A program made the position numbers and the translations under genes. Of a stretch of DNA of 64,000 bases, positions 50,448 through 60,386 are shown one piece after another (position 1 is the stretch's first letter; the number at the start of each line of letters is the position of its first letter). Below the pieces are notes generated by a model. The model did no database searches and was not told where the DNA came from. It saw only the letters and a program-made list of their open reading frames with translations. The stretch comes from a virus. The DNA lies in IMG/VR virus record IMGVR_UViG_3300045988_107889, positions 42,257-106,256 of that record. One strand, written 5' to 3'.

Positions 50448-50989
50448 AGAGTCAAAGCCCCTTGGTTGTCCTGATTTCAGGGAAGGCTGGTTCTGGTAAG
50501 GATACATTTGCTGGAATGCTGACGGATGAGCTTGAACAGGCGTACGGGAAGAAGGTTTGCACAACTCATTACGCTGATTCTTTGAAATATATTCTCCGCA
50601 GTTACTTCAGTTGGGATAGCAAGAAGGATTCTTGCGGCAGAGAGCTTCTTCAAGTGACAGGGGATACATTTAGAGCAAACAATGAGGATTTTTTTGTGAA
50701 CTTTGTGGTAGATACCCTACATTCCATCGGGTATCTGTGGGATATCGTGCTGATTTCCGACGCGCGGTTCAAAAATGAGGTAGAAAAAGTGAAAGCGGCG
50801 TTCAAAACCGTGACCGTGCGTGTTGAGAGAATGGATTGCGGTGATGAAACGGCGTTTTGGCGTAGGCATAAATCAGAAAATGAGCTTGACGACTATGATT
50901 TTGACTATGTGGTTGAAAATTTGACACTTGAAAGCCTGAGATCTGAAGCGGATTGGGTCGCAAGTGAGATTATGGAAGGTTGTGGTTAA
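50444..50989 (+). CDS. P-loop deoxynucleoside monophosphate kinase-like protein
   Basis: Walker A VVLISGKAGSGKDT. Size and context resemble phage dNMP kinases. Confidence 0.55.
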   Translation: MKSQSPLVVLISGKAGSGKDTFAGMLTDELEQAYGKKVCTTHYADSLKYILRSYFSWDSKKDSCGRELLQVTGDTFRANNEDFFVNFVVDTLHSIGYLWDIVLISDARFKNEVEKVKAAFKTVTVRVERMDCGDETAFWRRHKSENELDDYDFDYVVENLTLESLRSEADWVASEIMEGCG

Positions 50990-53241
50990 TTATCGAGCTA
51001 TTTGTAATCAAAAGAGACGGTCGGTTAGAGAAATTTTCCCCTAAAAAGATAGAAGAGGCGGTGAAGAAGGCGTTCGTGAGCGTCGATGGGGAAGAAAATG
51101 GGCAGTGTGCAGTCGTTGCAAGGGAAATTGCGGTTGCCGTGACTGCTGAAATGAAGAAAAGCAAGTCTGTTGAGGAAATTCAAGATATTGTTGAAGCCAA
51201 ACTTATGGAATCTGACAGAAAAGATGTGGCAAAAGCGTACATCCTGTATAGAAATGAGAGAACAAAGGTAAGAGAGCGGAACGGACGGCTTGTTCAGAAG
51301 GTTTTGGATCGCGCAACGTCCAGTGTAGACAATAGATCTAACGCAAATGTGGATGAGAAGAGCTTTTCAGGCAGAGAAAAAGAAGCATCTGCTGATATCG
51401 GTAAGATGATTGCCTTAGAGTATGGCGGTCTATCTGACGAAGTAGCAAAAGCTCATAAGGAAATGTTGATTTATCAGCACGACCTGGAGAAGGCGATTTA
51501 CGGTATGCACAATTGCCTTAACGTTAATTTCCAAGAGCTGTTTACATACGGGTTTCACACTAGAAACGGAGATGTACGACCACCCGCAAGCTTCAGCACG
51601 GCGTGTCAGCTTGTCGCCGTCGCTTTTCAGTGCCAAAGCCAGATCCAGTACGGTGGCTGCGGCACGGTACACTTTGATCTGGATCTCGCTCCGTTTGTAA
51701 AGAAAAGCTTTCGCAAACATTATGAAGACGGAAAGAAATATATCGACGAACCAACTGTGATGGGAATTGGAGATATAGTTATTTTTGAAACAGATGATTG
51801 GCATATTGACAATCCAGTTTTCAAATCATATTACCCGAAAGCATATCAGTACGCTATGGATATGTTAGAGAGAGAGGGACAGCAATCGACTCAGGCGTTG
51901 TATCATAACCTGAATACGCTAGAATCACGGCAAGGTTCGCAGGTGCCATTCACGTCAATCAACCTTGGCAGAGATACATCCGTCGAAGGCCGACTCATAA
52001 CCAAGTGGGTTTTTGAAGCCAGCCTAGATGGAATCGGTAAACACCATCTGACAAGCATCTTCCCAATTAGCATCTTCCAGTACAAGCAAGGTGTTAATGC
52101 AAATCCTGAAGATAAAAATTACGATCTCAAACAGCTTGCTTTGAAGTCAATGAGCAAACGAATTTATCCGAACTGGTGTAACGGTGATTGGTCTCAAGCG
52201 CATGAGGACGACGACAACCCGGACACCTGGTTTAGTACCATGGGTTGTAGAACTATGCTGGGGTATGATCGCCATGGCCTTGGGTATATCCGCCAGGGCA
52301 GAGGGAATAATGTACCCAACACAATTATTCTCCCGAAGCTCGGAATCGAGTTTGGTATTTGCCTAGGAGAGCGCACAAAGCCAGATCTCGACGGGTTCTG
52401 GAACGCTTTTGAGGAAACATTAAAACTGTGTGAGAGAGGGCTGCTAGAGCGGTTCGAAATCATGGTTCGGCAATCACCGAAAGCTGCTCCGTTTATGTAT
52501 GAAAACAATACAATCCAAAAAGCACGTGAGTGTGAAGATGACGTGTTTAATGCTTTAAAAGGCAACACGCTTGCCATAGGCTTCATTGGAGTTGCAGAGA
52601 TGTGTCAAGCGCTATTCGGGAAAAATCATGTTCACGACAAGGATATCCACGCCTTTGCGCTATCTGTTGTAAAAAGAATCAATGAGTTTGCGGCAGAGGC
52701 ATCTAAGCGAAATGACCTGAATTTCTCATGTTACGCGACTCCGGCTGAAACATTAGCGCGTACAGCACTGGTTGCGCTTAGAGAGCAATATGGTGTTATT
52801 AAAGATGTTACATCTCATGAGTATCTGACAAACTCCCACCATGTGCCTGTATGGGAAAAGGTGTCTATCTATGACAAGCTTCGTATTGAAGCTCCGTTCT
52901 GTAAGTATCCGACAGGTGGCACTATTACTTACGTAGAATTGTCGAGCACCTTCGTAAAGAATACCAAAGCTGTGGAAGATATCATTGATTATGCTTTTAA
53001 AGAGCTTGATATTCCGTATCTTGCCTTCAATTTCCCAATTGATAGTTGCTTAGATTGCGGATATCAGGGCGAGTTTAATAATAGCTGTCCTGAATGCGGA
53101 AGCAAGAACATCCAGCAACTCCGTCGCGTAACAGGATATCTTTCTACTGATTACCACAATTTTAACGACGGCAAACAAGCAGAGGTAGAAGAAAGAGTGA
53201 AACATAGTACATATCAAGATGCAGGTGAGCTATTTGGTTAA
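50980..53241 (+). CDS. nrdD: anaerobic ribonucleoside-triphosphate reductase
   Basis: ATP-cone VIKRDGRLEKFSPKKIEEAV. C-terminal CLDCGYQGEFNNSCPECG zinc ribbon. Glycyl-radical motif RRVTGYLS. Confidence 0.9.
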   Translation: MWLIIELFVIKRDGRLEKFSPKKIEEAVKKAFVSVDGEENGQCAVVAREIAVAVTAEMKKSKSVEEIQDIVEAKLMESDRKDVAKAYILYRNERTKVRERNGRLVQKVLDRATSSVDNRSNANVDEKSFSGREKEASADIGKMIALEYGGLSDEVAKAHKEMLIYQHDLEKAIYGMHNCLNVNFQELFTYGFHTRNGDVRPPASFSTACQLVAVAFQCQSQIQYGGCGTVHFDLDLAPFVKKSFRKHYEDGKKYIDEPTVMGIGDIVIFETDDWHIDNPVFKSYYPKAYQYAMDMLEREGQQSTQALYHNLNTLESRQGSQVPFTSINLGRDTSVEGRLITKWVFEASLDGIGKHHLTSIFPISIFQYKQGVNANPEDKNYDLKQLALKSMSKRIYPNWCNGDWSQAHEDDDNPDTWFSTMGCRTMLGYDRHGLGYIRQGRGNNVPNTIILPKLGIEFGICLGERTKPDLDGFWNAFEETLKLCERGLLERFEIMVRQSPKAAPFMYENNTIQKARECEDDVFNALKGNTLAIGFIGVAEMCQALFGKNHVHDKDIHAFALSVVKRINEFAAEASKRNDLNFSCYATPAETLARTALVALREQYGVIKDVTSHEYLTNSHHVPVWEKVSIYDKLRIEAPFCKYPTGGTITYVELSSTFVKNTKAVEDIIDYAFKELDIPYLAFNFPIDSCLDCGYQGEFNNSCPECGSKNIQQLRRVTGYLSTDYHNFNDGKQAEVEERVKHSTYQDAGELFG

Positions 53242-53722
53242 GCTCGCAGGCTATGACTGGGAGTCCTTCTGCGACGCAGAGGGCGTAGCGTGTGTGCTGT
53301 TTATTTCGGGGTGCCGAAATAACTGCCCTGGTTGCCAGTCACCACAGACCCATGATTTTAATTATGGGCTTGAAATTACACAAGATGTAATTGATAGAAT
53401 CAATTTTGAGATTGATAAAAGACCGTTTTTAAACGCACTGGTTCTGTCCGGCGGAGACCCTATGTTCTCCGCCGGGGAACTGGTCTCCATTATTGATAAG
53501 ATCCATATCCCTAATGATAACCTCTGGTGCTACACAGGGCTGCTAATGGGACAGGTGAAGCAAGACAAAGATATGTCTCAGCTATTAGATAGATGCACGT
53601 ATCTAGTAGACGGGAGGTTTGAGATTGATAAGCGAGATGTCACCCTTCAGTTCCGAGGCAGCAGTAACCAGATTGTTTGGAAAAAACAAGATGGCGTATG
53701 GGTCAAATGGATTACAGATTAG
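53219..53722 (+). CDS. nrdG: anaerobic RNR activating protein (radical SAM)
   Basis: GCRNNCPGC gives C-x3-C-x2-C. Immediately follows nrdD. Confidence 0.85.
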   Translation: MQVSYLVKLAGYDWESFCDAEGVACVLFISGCRNNCPGCQSPQTHDFNYGLEITQDVIDRINFEIDKRPFLNALVLSGGDPMFSAGELVSIIDKIHIPNDNLWCYTGLLMGQVKQDKDMSQLLDRCTYLVDGRFEIDKRDVTLQFRGSSNQIVWKKQDGVWVKWITD

Positions 53723-53737
53723 AAAGAGAGGTACGAA

Positions 53738-54310
53738 TTGATCGGATGTAAAGGCTATTTTGAGAAAGTTCCCTTCGAGACCTTCAGAACAGACTGTGCA
53801 AAAATTCCAGAGATGCAGAGTCTTTGTGAGGACGACGCAGCCTTCAATCGAAGAATTCAGGGTTCCTATGATGAATTTAGATTGCCAGCAAGGGCAACGC
53901 CTGGTTCCGCCGGGTACGATTTCTTCATCCCGTTTGACGTGACGATTCAACCAGGCGGTTCGGCCACGATCCCCACTGGTGTGAGAATTGTCATGCCGGA
54001 ATCGGCTGTGCTCCTACTTGTCCCTAGAAGTGGTAGTGGCTTTAAGTACGGCGTAAGCCTAGCCAATACAGTCGGTGTCATTGATAGCGACTATTATAAC
54101 CCTAGCACTAGAACCGAAGGACATATTATGATTAAGCTGTTTAACCACGACCACCACGAAGCAGTCACTTTCCATTTTAATGACGGCTTTGCACAAGGAA
54201 TCATTGTCCCGTATTCTACTCTCCCGGAGTATGATAACGAAAATGTGGAGTTGTATGGTGTCGAAGAAAGAACCGGCGGGTTCGGAAGTACAAGCAAAGA
54301 AGGTGGCTGA
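53738..54310 (+). CDS. dut: dUTP diphosphatase (trimeric type)
   Basis: ATPGSAGYDFF, VPRSGSG, GVIDSDYY and RTGGFGST motifs. Confidence 0.85.
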   Translation: MIGCKGYFEKVPFETFRTDCAKIPEMQSLCEDDAAFNRRIQGSYDEFRLPARATPGSAGYDFFIPFDVTIQPGGSATIPTGVRIVMPESAVLLLVPRSGSGFKYGVSLANTVGVIDSDYYNPSTRTEGHIMIKLFNHDHHEAVTFHFNDGFAQGIIVPYSTLPEYDNENVELYGVEERTGGFGSTSKEGG

Positions 54311-55254
54311 TGGAAAAAGAAAAGAAGTATACCTCAGAAGACCTAAAGGAGATGCAAACGTGGCCGTTAGAACGCAAAATCCAGGTCACACAGACGCGCC
54401 TCATCGAGTGGTATCAACACTACGACGGTAAAGTATACGTGTCATTCTCTGGCGGCAAGGACTCTACCGTGCTGCTGGATATGGCTCGTAGAATCTACCC
54501 CGACATCGAGGCGGTGTTTATCGACACCGGCCTGGAGTACCCGGAGATTAGGAAGTTTGTCAAGACGTTTGATGGCGTCACTTGGCTAAAACCGAAAATG
54601 AATTTCCGCCAGGTAATCGAAAAATATGGGTACCCGCTAATCTCGAAAGAACAAGCAGCGCTTATCCAAGAATGCAGGACGACAAACAGTGAGAAGTTAA
54701 GAGCTATCCGGTTAAATGGGAATAAGTATGGCCGAGGGAAAATTTCTAAACGATGGGTTCCGTTAATCGCCGCGCCGTTTAAAATCTCGGATAAATGCTG
54801 CGATGTCATGAAAAAATCACCCGCAAAACAATTCGAGAAAAGAACGGGCAAGACAGCAATTATTGCGACAATGGCTACCGAGAGCGGACAACGAGCATCT
54901 AATTGGATGATGTACGGGTGTAATGCTTTTAGCAAGAAAAGGTCAACGTCCCAACCGATGAGCTTTTGGACGGAACAAGACGTGTTGCTCTACCTCAAGC
55001 GGTTTAATATCCCTTACGCTTCTGTCTATGGCGAGATTGTGGAGGATGACAAGGGCAACTTACATACCACCGGTTGCATTCGCACAGGCTGCGTTTTTTG
55101 TGCGTTCGGAGCGCACCTGGAGAAAGAGCCGAACCGGTTCCAGCGGCTGAGACAAACCCACCCGAAGTTGTGGGAGTATTGCATGAAACCTTGGAGCGAG
55201 GGTGGACTCGGCATGAAAGAAGTGCTGGAGTCGATTGACGTGAAGATTGAATAA
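54310..55254 (+). CDS. PAPS-reductase-family PP-loop enzyme
   Basis: VSFSGGKDSTVLLDM PP-loop. C-terminal Cys cluster TGCIRTGCVFC. Confidence 0.75.
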   Translation: MEKEKKYTSEDLKEMQTWPLERKIQVTQTRLIEWYQHYDGKVYVSFSGGKDSTVLLDMARRIYPDIEAVFIDTGLEYPEIRKFVKTFDGVTWLKPKMNFRQVIEKYGYPLISKEQAALIQECRTTNSEKLRAIRLNGNKYGRGKISKRWVPLIAAPFKISDKCCDVMKKSPAKQFEKRTGKTAIIATMATESGQRASNWMMYGCNAFSKKRSTSQPMSFWTEQDVLLYLKRFNIPYASVYGEIVEDDKGNLHTTGCIRTGCVFCAFGAHLEKEPNRFQRLRQTHPKLWEYCMKPWSEGGLGMKEVLESIDVKIE

Positions 55255-55275
55255 GAGAAAGGAGATTGCTTAGTA

Positions 55276-55587
55276 ATGACAATCATTGAAAAAATGCTGC
55301 ACGGCATTCCTCTCGACGAAGAAGAACTCTGCTACTTAGCACTTGGCTATGATGATAGATGTCACACAGAGCCTGGCAAGTACGAAGAGTTTGATGTGGT
55401 GGAAAGGGGAGAAGGCCGATCAGTTAAAGAAATGCAGACCATCATTAAAGCTGGTAATAGCCTTTGGTGCATCCCTTGGACGTGGGATCTTCTTGGATAT
55501 CAAATGACTGGACAACCTTACAAGGTCGTTAAAAGTGTTCGCATTGGGACTGTCGTAAAGACGATTTACGACAAAACAGATAAATGA
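55276..55587 (+). CDS. hypothetical protein, paralog of 29385..29699
   Basis: See 29385..29699. Confidence 0.65.
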   Translation: MTIIEKMLHGIPLDEEELCYLALGYDDRCHTEPGKYEEFDVVERGEGRSVKEMQTIIKAGNSLWCIPWTWDLLGYQMTGQPYKVVKSVRIGTVVKTIYDKTDK

Positions 55588-55595
55588 TTTATAGA

Positions 55596-55619
55596 ACCGC
55601 CGCCCGTGCGGGCGGCGGT
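55596..55619 (+). terminator. GC-rich hairpin (no U tract)
   Basis: ACCGCCGCCCG-TG-CGGGCGGCGGT. Confidence 0.4.
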
Positions 55620-55634
55620 CAGAGAGGATGATTT

Positions 55635-56036
55635 ATGGTTTACAAAGAAGCATGGAAAGCGCTTGAGGACGAAGGATTCCGCATTCAACGGAGTAAACCA
55701 AGGCGTGATAGATACGTTGACCACATGATTATCGACGAAAACAAATCTGTCAAGTGGAACAGAGAGCAGCTTGCGAAAAGAAACGAGGAATTGGAGGCCA
55801 AGTACGTCGCGGATATTCTAGACCGAGAAGCGCGGTATGCGCGCTGTGTTAGAGATGTATGCTATGCGATTCAAGATGAGGTCGGCAACAGAATGACGTA
55901 TGATCAAGCAATGGCGGTCTGCAAGGCCGTAGAACTACCAAACGAGGCAGATGGCCCTTGGTGGCCAGGGACTCTCGCAGACGACATCCAGCCGTTTGTA
56001 GATCTTGCAAAGGAGCTGTTGAGCGATAAAGAATAA
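55635..56036 (+). CDS. hypothetical protein
   Basis: 133-aa ORF with GAGAGGA upstream. Confidence 0.6.
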   Translation: MVYKEAWKALEDEGFRIQRSKPRRDRYVDHMIIDENKSVKWNREQLAKRNEELEAKYVADILDREARYARCVRDVCYAIQDEVGNRMTYDQAMAVCKAVELPNEADGPWWPGTLADDIQPFVDLAKELLSDKE

Positions 56037-56064
56037 AGATTGGGTTGGGACACAGCAGTTCATC

Positions 56065-56616
56065 TTGTCTGGCAACAACAGAAAAGATGACGCAGCGACT
56101 AACGATTACTACGCCACAGAACCAAGAGCCGTGGAGATCTTGCTCGATCACGAAACCTTCTCTAAGGATGTATGGGAACCAGCTTGTGGTGAAGGCCATA
56201 TATCGAAAGTCCTGCTTGAGAGAGGGTACGATGTACTAAGTACAGACCTGGTGTATAGAGGTTTTGGATTTAAAGCCCCTGTTGATTTTTTAAACGAGGA
56301 CTTTACAGAGGCAGATGACATCGACATTATCACCAACCCCCCCTATAAGTACGCACGGGAATTTGTTGAGAAGTCTTTAGAGTGTGTGGGAGACGGGCAC
56401 AAGGTTGCAATGTTTTTGAAGCTCACTTTCTTGGAAGGAAAGGCTCGTAAGCAACTGTTTCAAAAGTATCCGCCTAAAACAATATACGTGTTCTCATCGC
56501 GTGTGTGCTGTGGCAAGAACGGTGTGTTTGATCGAAAGAATAACGCCGTCGCATACGCATGGTTTGTCTGGGAGAAAGGATTCCAGGGCGACCCGATTGT
56601 GCGATGGGTCAATTAA
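56065..56616 (+). CDS. N6-adenine DNA methyltransferase (small, NPPY type)
   Basis: VWEPACGEGHIS (SAM motif I) and IITNPPYKYA (motif IV). TTG start. Confidence 0.75.
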   Translation: MSGNNRKDDAATNDYYATEPRAVEILLDHETFSKDVWEPACGEGHISKVLLERGYDVLSTDLVYRGFGFKAPVDFLNEDFTEADDIDIITNPPYKYAREFVEKSLECVGDGHKVAMFLKLTFLEGKARKQLFQKYPPKTIYVFSSRVCCGKNGVFDRKNNAVAYAWFVWEKGFQGDPIVRWVN

Positions 56617-56664
56617 CAACGTACATATGACGAACGAAACGCGAGGTGTATAGTAACGAAAAGA

Positions 56665-57342
56665 GTGTTTGATTTTATTGCGGAAGAACAGCAAAGACAA
56701 GAGCGCCAGATCAATCTAATTGCGTCAGAGAACTTCTGCTCAGAAGATGTGATGAAAGCAGTTGGTTCTTGCCTTACCAACAAGTATGCCGAAGGGTATC
56801 CTGGCCACCGGTATTACGGTGGATGTGAAATAGTAGACGAGCTTGAGCTTTACTGCCAAAAGAAATGGCAGGAAGCCTTCAACACAGACTACTTCGTAAA
56901 TGTCCAACCACACTCCGGCACACAGGCAAACGAAGCGGTTTACTACGCGCTGCTTAATCCAGGTGATACGGTTTTGAGCATGTCGTTGGACTGTGGTGGG
57001 CACCTGTCACACTTTTCGCCAGCCAGCATTTCTGGTAAGCTTTACAATCCGGTTTTCTATGGCTTGGATGAAGATGGGATTATTGATTACTACGATCTCA
57101 GCGAAAAAATAAGAACTCACAAACCCAAGCTAATTTTAGCTGGTGCGAGTTCTTATTCAAGAGAAATTAAGTTTGGATTGATTAGAAAAATCATTAACAT
57201 CGAAATGTCTGTTGATCCTGATTACCATCCCATCTTTATGGTGGATATGGCACATATCGCCGGGCTGATTGTCGGCGGCGCGCATGTATCTCCGTTCGGG
57301 CTTGCAGACGTGATTACTACTACCACGCATAAAACTTTGCGT
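56665..57342 (+). CDS. glyA: serine hydroxymethyltransferase, exon 1
   Basis: LIASENFCSEDVMKAVGSCLTNKYAEGYPGHRYYGG. Ends ..TTTTHKTLR just before an in-frame TGA that belongs to the intron. Confidence 0.85.
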
Positions 57343-58308
57343 TGAATTGGTCGGCGCAAGTAAAACCTACTTAACTGCGGGAACACCCTTAGAGCCTTAA
57401 CAACCAAATTATTGTGGGGACACAATGATGGCGAGGTTAGCGACCAAGGTACGGTAAAATCGTTAAGGATTGGGCAACCAGACGCATCCAAGCATCTAGA
57501 ACAGATGAAGGTTCAACGACTATTCTTTATGAAGTAGGAGAGGTGAGGCTCCGAAATAGTAGGCTTCTTTTTAGAAGATGATATAGTCTAAGCTAAATAG
57601 AAATATTTAGAAGTGTGTAATTTTTTATTTAGAAGGTGATATAACTGTCAAATCTAAAAGATAGAACTGGTCAGAAATATGGACGTTTACTCGTCCTCAA
57701 AAGAGGCCCAGACAAAGTTTTTAAAAGTGGGCGAAAAGTGGTTCAGTGGGAGTGCTTATGTGAGTGTGGAAATAAAACTTTAGTTGCTACTACCAGTCTA
57801 GGTGCCGGGCTAACCCGGTCTTGCGGGTGTTTGAATGATGAAAAAAGGAAGGATTCAAAAACAAAGCATCATACTCACGGTCACCGCAATGAAAGAATTT
57901 ACAAGACATGGCACGGAATAAAGGCGCGATGCTGCAACCCTTCATCAGACAATTATAACAATTATGGTTTACGAGGCATCACGGTCTGTGACGAATGGAA
58001 AAATAATTTTCAAAATTTTTACGATTGGGCTGTGAAAAATGGCTATCGGGATGACCTGTCTATTGACAGAATAGATAATGATAAAGGGTATTTTCCAGAA
58101 AACTGCCGATGGGAGACTCCAAAAGGGCAGCAAAGAAACAAGCGAAATAATAGGTTGTTGACTCGTAATGGGGAAACTCATTGCCTTGCAGAGTGGGCAG
58201 AAATTACTGGAATCAACAGAAGCACAATTTCTGATAGGATTGATAAAATGGGCTGGACAGTTGAAAAAGCCCTTGCAGAACCGCCTCGCCATTGACACAC
58301 AGGTTCTG
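57343..58308 (+). mobile_element. group I intron in glyA, homologous to the dnaE intron
   Basis: P AACTGCGGGAA (57373-57383), Q AACCAGACGC (57476-57485), R GTTCAACGACTAT (57511-57523), S GATGATATAGTC (57577-57588). U57342 precedes the 5' splice site and G58308 ends the intron. Splicing restores HKTLR-GPRGG. Confidence 0.85.
57645..58295 (+). CDS. intron-encoded homing endonuclease, HNH_3-like (first canonical start is GTG 57738)
   Basis: Paralog of 48004..48642 (YKTWHGIKARCCN...IDRIDNDKGYFPENCRW). The conserved N-terminal LKDRTGQKYGRLLV is encoded upstream of the GTG. The only start-like codon there is CTG at 57645, 5 nt after AAGGTGA. Confidence 0.6.
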   Translation: MSNLKDRTGQKYGRLLVLKRGPDKVFKSGRKVVQWECLCECGNKTLVATTSLGAGLTRSCGCLNDEKRKDSKTKHHTHGHRNERIYKTWHGIKARCCNPSSDNYNNYGLRGITVCDEWKNNFQNFYDWAVKNGYRDDLSIDRIDNDKGYFPENCRWETPKGQQRNKRNNRLLTRNGETHCLAEWAEITGINRSTISDRIDKMGWTVEKALAEPPRH

Positions 58309-58800
58309 GGACCAAGAGGAGGGTTAATCTTCTGTAAAACCGAGATGGCAAAGAAAATCAACAGCGCAGTATTTCCCAGAAACCAGGGCGGCCCTCTGAT
58401 GCACGTTATCGCAGGCAAAGCAGTAGCGGCTGAAGAAGCTTGCACAGAAGAGTATAAGGAGTACATCTCCAATGTAATTCTGAATACATACACCATGTGC
58501 GAGCAGTTCAAAAAGATGGGCTACGAGATCGTGTCCGGCGGAACAGACAACCACCTGTTTATGATCGACCTGACTAACACCCACCCTAATGTTACCGGTA
58601 AGATGGTTCAGGACGCTTTGGAGGAGAAAGGCATTGCAGTAAACAAGAACTGCGTACCGGGTGATAAGAGATCTCCGGCGGAGACTAGCGGGATTAGAAT
58701 TGGCTGTGCCGCAATGACGACTAAGGGGTTTGGTCCGCTGGACTTTGTAGGGTGCGCGATTGAGATTGATAAGATCATCCGTAAGCTAAATAAAAAATAA
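58309..58800 (+). CDS. glyA: serine hydroxymethyltransferase, exon 2
   Basis: GPRGGLIFCKTEMAKKINSAVFPRNQGGPLMHVIAGKAVA... continues the SHMT consensus. Confidence 0.85.
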   Translation, partial: GPRGGLIFCKTEMAKKINSAVFPRNQGGPLMHVIAGKAVAAEEACTEEYKEYISNVILNTYTMCEQFKKMGYEIVSGGTDNHLFMIDLTNTHPNVTGKMVQDALEEKGIAVNKNCVPGDKRSPAETSGIRIGCAAMTTKGFGPLDFVGCAIEIDKIIRKLNKK

Positions 58801-58827
58801 GCGCCGACAAGCGACGCGCGTTAAAGG

Positions 58828-59043
58828 TTATTCAGCAGTTTCGTTAGGGTTGACGCCAAGCATATCCATGATATCAGTAATAGTCATGCCCTTGCTCTTA
58901 GCCATGGCGATGATTTCGGCGGGAGACGGAGCAAGAAGCTCTTCTCGCTTCGTTTTAAGCTCTGCGATCTTGTTTTCGTAAAAAGCAATTTTCTCGTCGA
59001 TGTCAATAAGCTGCTGTTCCAGGGTTTTTCTGGCTCTTGCCAT
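58828..59043 (-). CDS. small coiled-coil protein (only minus-strand gene in this arm)
   Basis: ATG at 59043 after GAAAGGA. 71 aa, MARARKTLEQQLIDIDEKIAFYENKIAELK... Confidence 0.5.
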   Translation of the reverse strand: MARARKTLEQQLIDIDEKIAFYENKIAELKTKREELLAPSPAEIIAMAKSKGMTITDIMDMLGVNPNETAE

Positions 59044-59120
59044 ATTCTCATTCCTTTCATGAAAGTATAATTTCATGATACCACAAACATAAATACAATA
59101 CAACAGAAAGAGGTAATTAA

Positions 59121-59762
59121 ATGGGCTATGAATGCAACAATACTTACGAAATTAACATTCCTTTTCTTGGCGATACATATCTTGAACTCGTAGAACCAGT
59201 GTCTGGCGTAACCAACGAGGAGGTGAAATTTATCAACTATGACGATAAAGAAGGTCTTACCTGCGCACTTGATAATGGCTGTGCGTGCCTTGTCGCAGAC
59301 TGGCGCGGCGCAACCGAGCATCAGACTCCTCATGGCATTGATCCAGAGGTTGCGGATGTAACGGCTGTGAACGACAAAGTTACTATCGTCACATTTACTG
59401 ACGGCACACAAGAAAAAGCTATCTGCCGCGAGGGCGATACATTTTCAATTGAAACCGGTGTGACGATTTGCCTTATGAAAAGAATCCTCCGACTGATGTT
59501 TGAAAAGTTCGGAGAAAAGTCCGGCACAAATCTGTACAATAATATGCTGAGAAAGGCCCTCAAAAAGAAGGATGCCTTCAAGATTGAAAAAGAGAAGGCT
59601 AAGGAAAAAGAAAAGAGAAAGCGTGCGACCAAACAGAGAGTTCGTGAGTTGGAGAAGAAGCAGGCACGCGACAATTGGGAGTTCATGGTTAATATGCTTG
59701 CAGAGAACATGAAAAGAAACTGCAAAGCTATGTTCGAGAACAACAACATCAACGAAGAATAA
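59121..59762 (+). CDS. hypothetical protein with Lys-rich C-terminal region
   Basis: 213-aa ORF with AGAGGTAA upstream. The 341-aa antisense ORF 59330..60355 is rejected. Confidence 0.6.
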   Translation: MGYECNNTYEINIPFLGDTYLELVEPVSGVTNEEVKFINYDDKEGLTCALDNGCACLVADWRGATEHQTPHGIDPEVADVTAVNDKVTIVTFTDGTQEKAICREGDTFSIETGVTICLMKRILRLMFEKFGEKSGTNLYNNMLRKALKKKDAFKIEKEKAKEKEKRKRATKQRVRELEKKQARDNWEFMVNMLAENMKRNCKAMFENNNINEE

Positions 59763-59770
59763 GGAGGAGT

Positions 59771-60376
59771 ATGGGCTACAAGGAAAGATTTATTGAGGTG
59801 TTTAAAAACAACATCCACCGCGACGGGAGCGACCAGCTCCTGTCGTACCTGGAACGATCTGATTTCTTTACAGCACCGGCCAGCACCCGGTTTCACCTGT
59901 CCTGCGAGGGAGGTCTGTGTATCCATAGTCTGAATGTATACGATAGATTGGTCCATCTGCTTGATAATCAGGCAGACAAGGAACGCTGCTTCTCCGCCGG
60001 AGTACCGGACGAAGAAATTAACGAGACAGTTGCTATTGCGGCGCTCCTGCACGACCTGTGCAAGATTCATTTTTACCAGCCTGGCACACGGAACGTAAAG
60101 AATCCGGACACTGGTAGATGGGAAACGGTTCCAACCTATGTAATTGACGAAAGATTCCCGATTGGTCACGGCGAGAAAACCACCTTTATCATCCAGAACT
60201 ATATGAAGCTGAAGCCGGAAGAGGCAATCGCTATTAGATGGCATATGGGTGAGTTTGATAACGCCGTGAAAGGCGGAGACAAATCCCTTAATAAGGCGTG
60301 GGAGAAGTATCCGCTCGGTTTTATGCTGCATATGGCGGACATGATGGCGAGTCACCTGGACGAAGTAGATAAATAA
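59771..60376 (+). CDS. HD-domain phosphohydrolase
   Basis: AALLHDLCKI and IGHGEKT motifs. Confidence 0.7.
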   Translation: MGYKERFIEVFKNNIHRDGSDQLLSYLERSDFFTAPASTRFHLSCEGGLCIHSLNVYDRLVHLLDNQADKERCFSAGVPDEEINETVAIAALLHDLCKIHFYQPGTRNVKNPDTGRWETVPTYVIDERFPIGHGEKTTFIIQNYMKLKPEEAIAIRWHMGEFDNAVKGGDKSLNKAWEKYPLGFMLHMADMMASHLDEVDK

Positions 60377-60386
60377 GGAGGGCTAT

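Noticed and set aside
59330-60355. 341-aa minus-strand ORF spanning two plus-strand genes.
   Set aside because: It crosses the intergenic SD/start of the HD-domain gene and is antisense to both plus genes. The HD motifs are on the plus strand.
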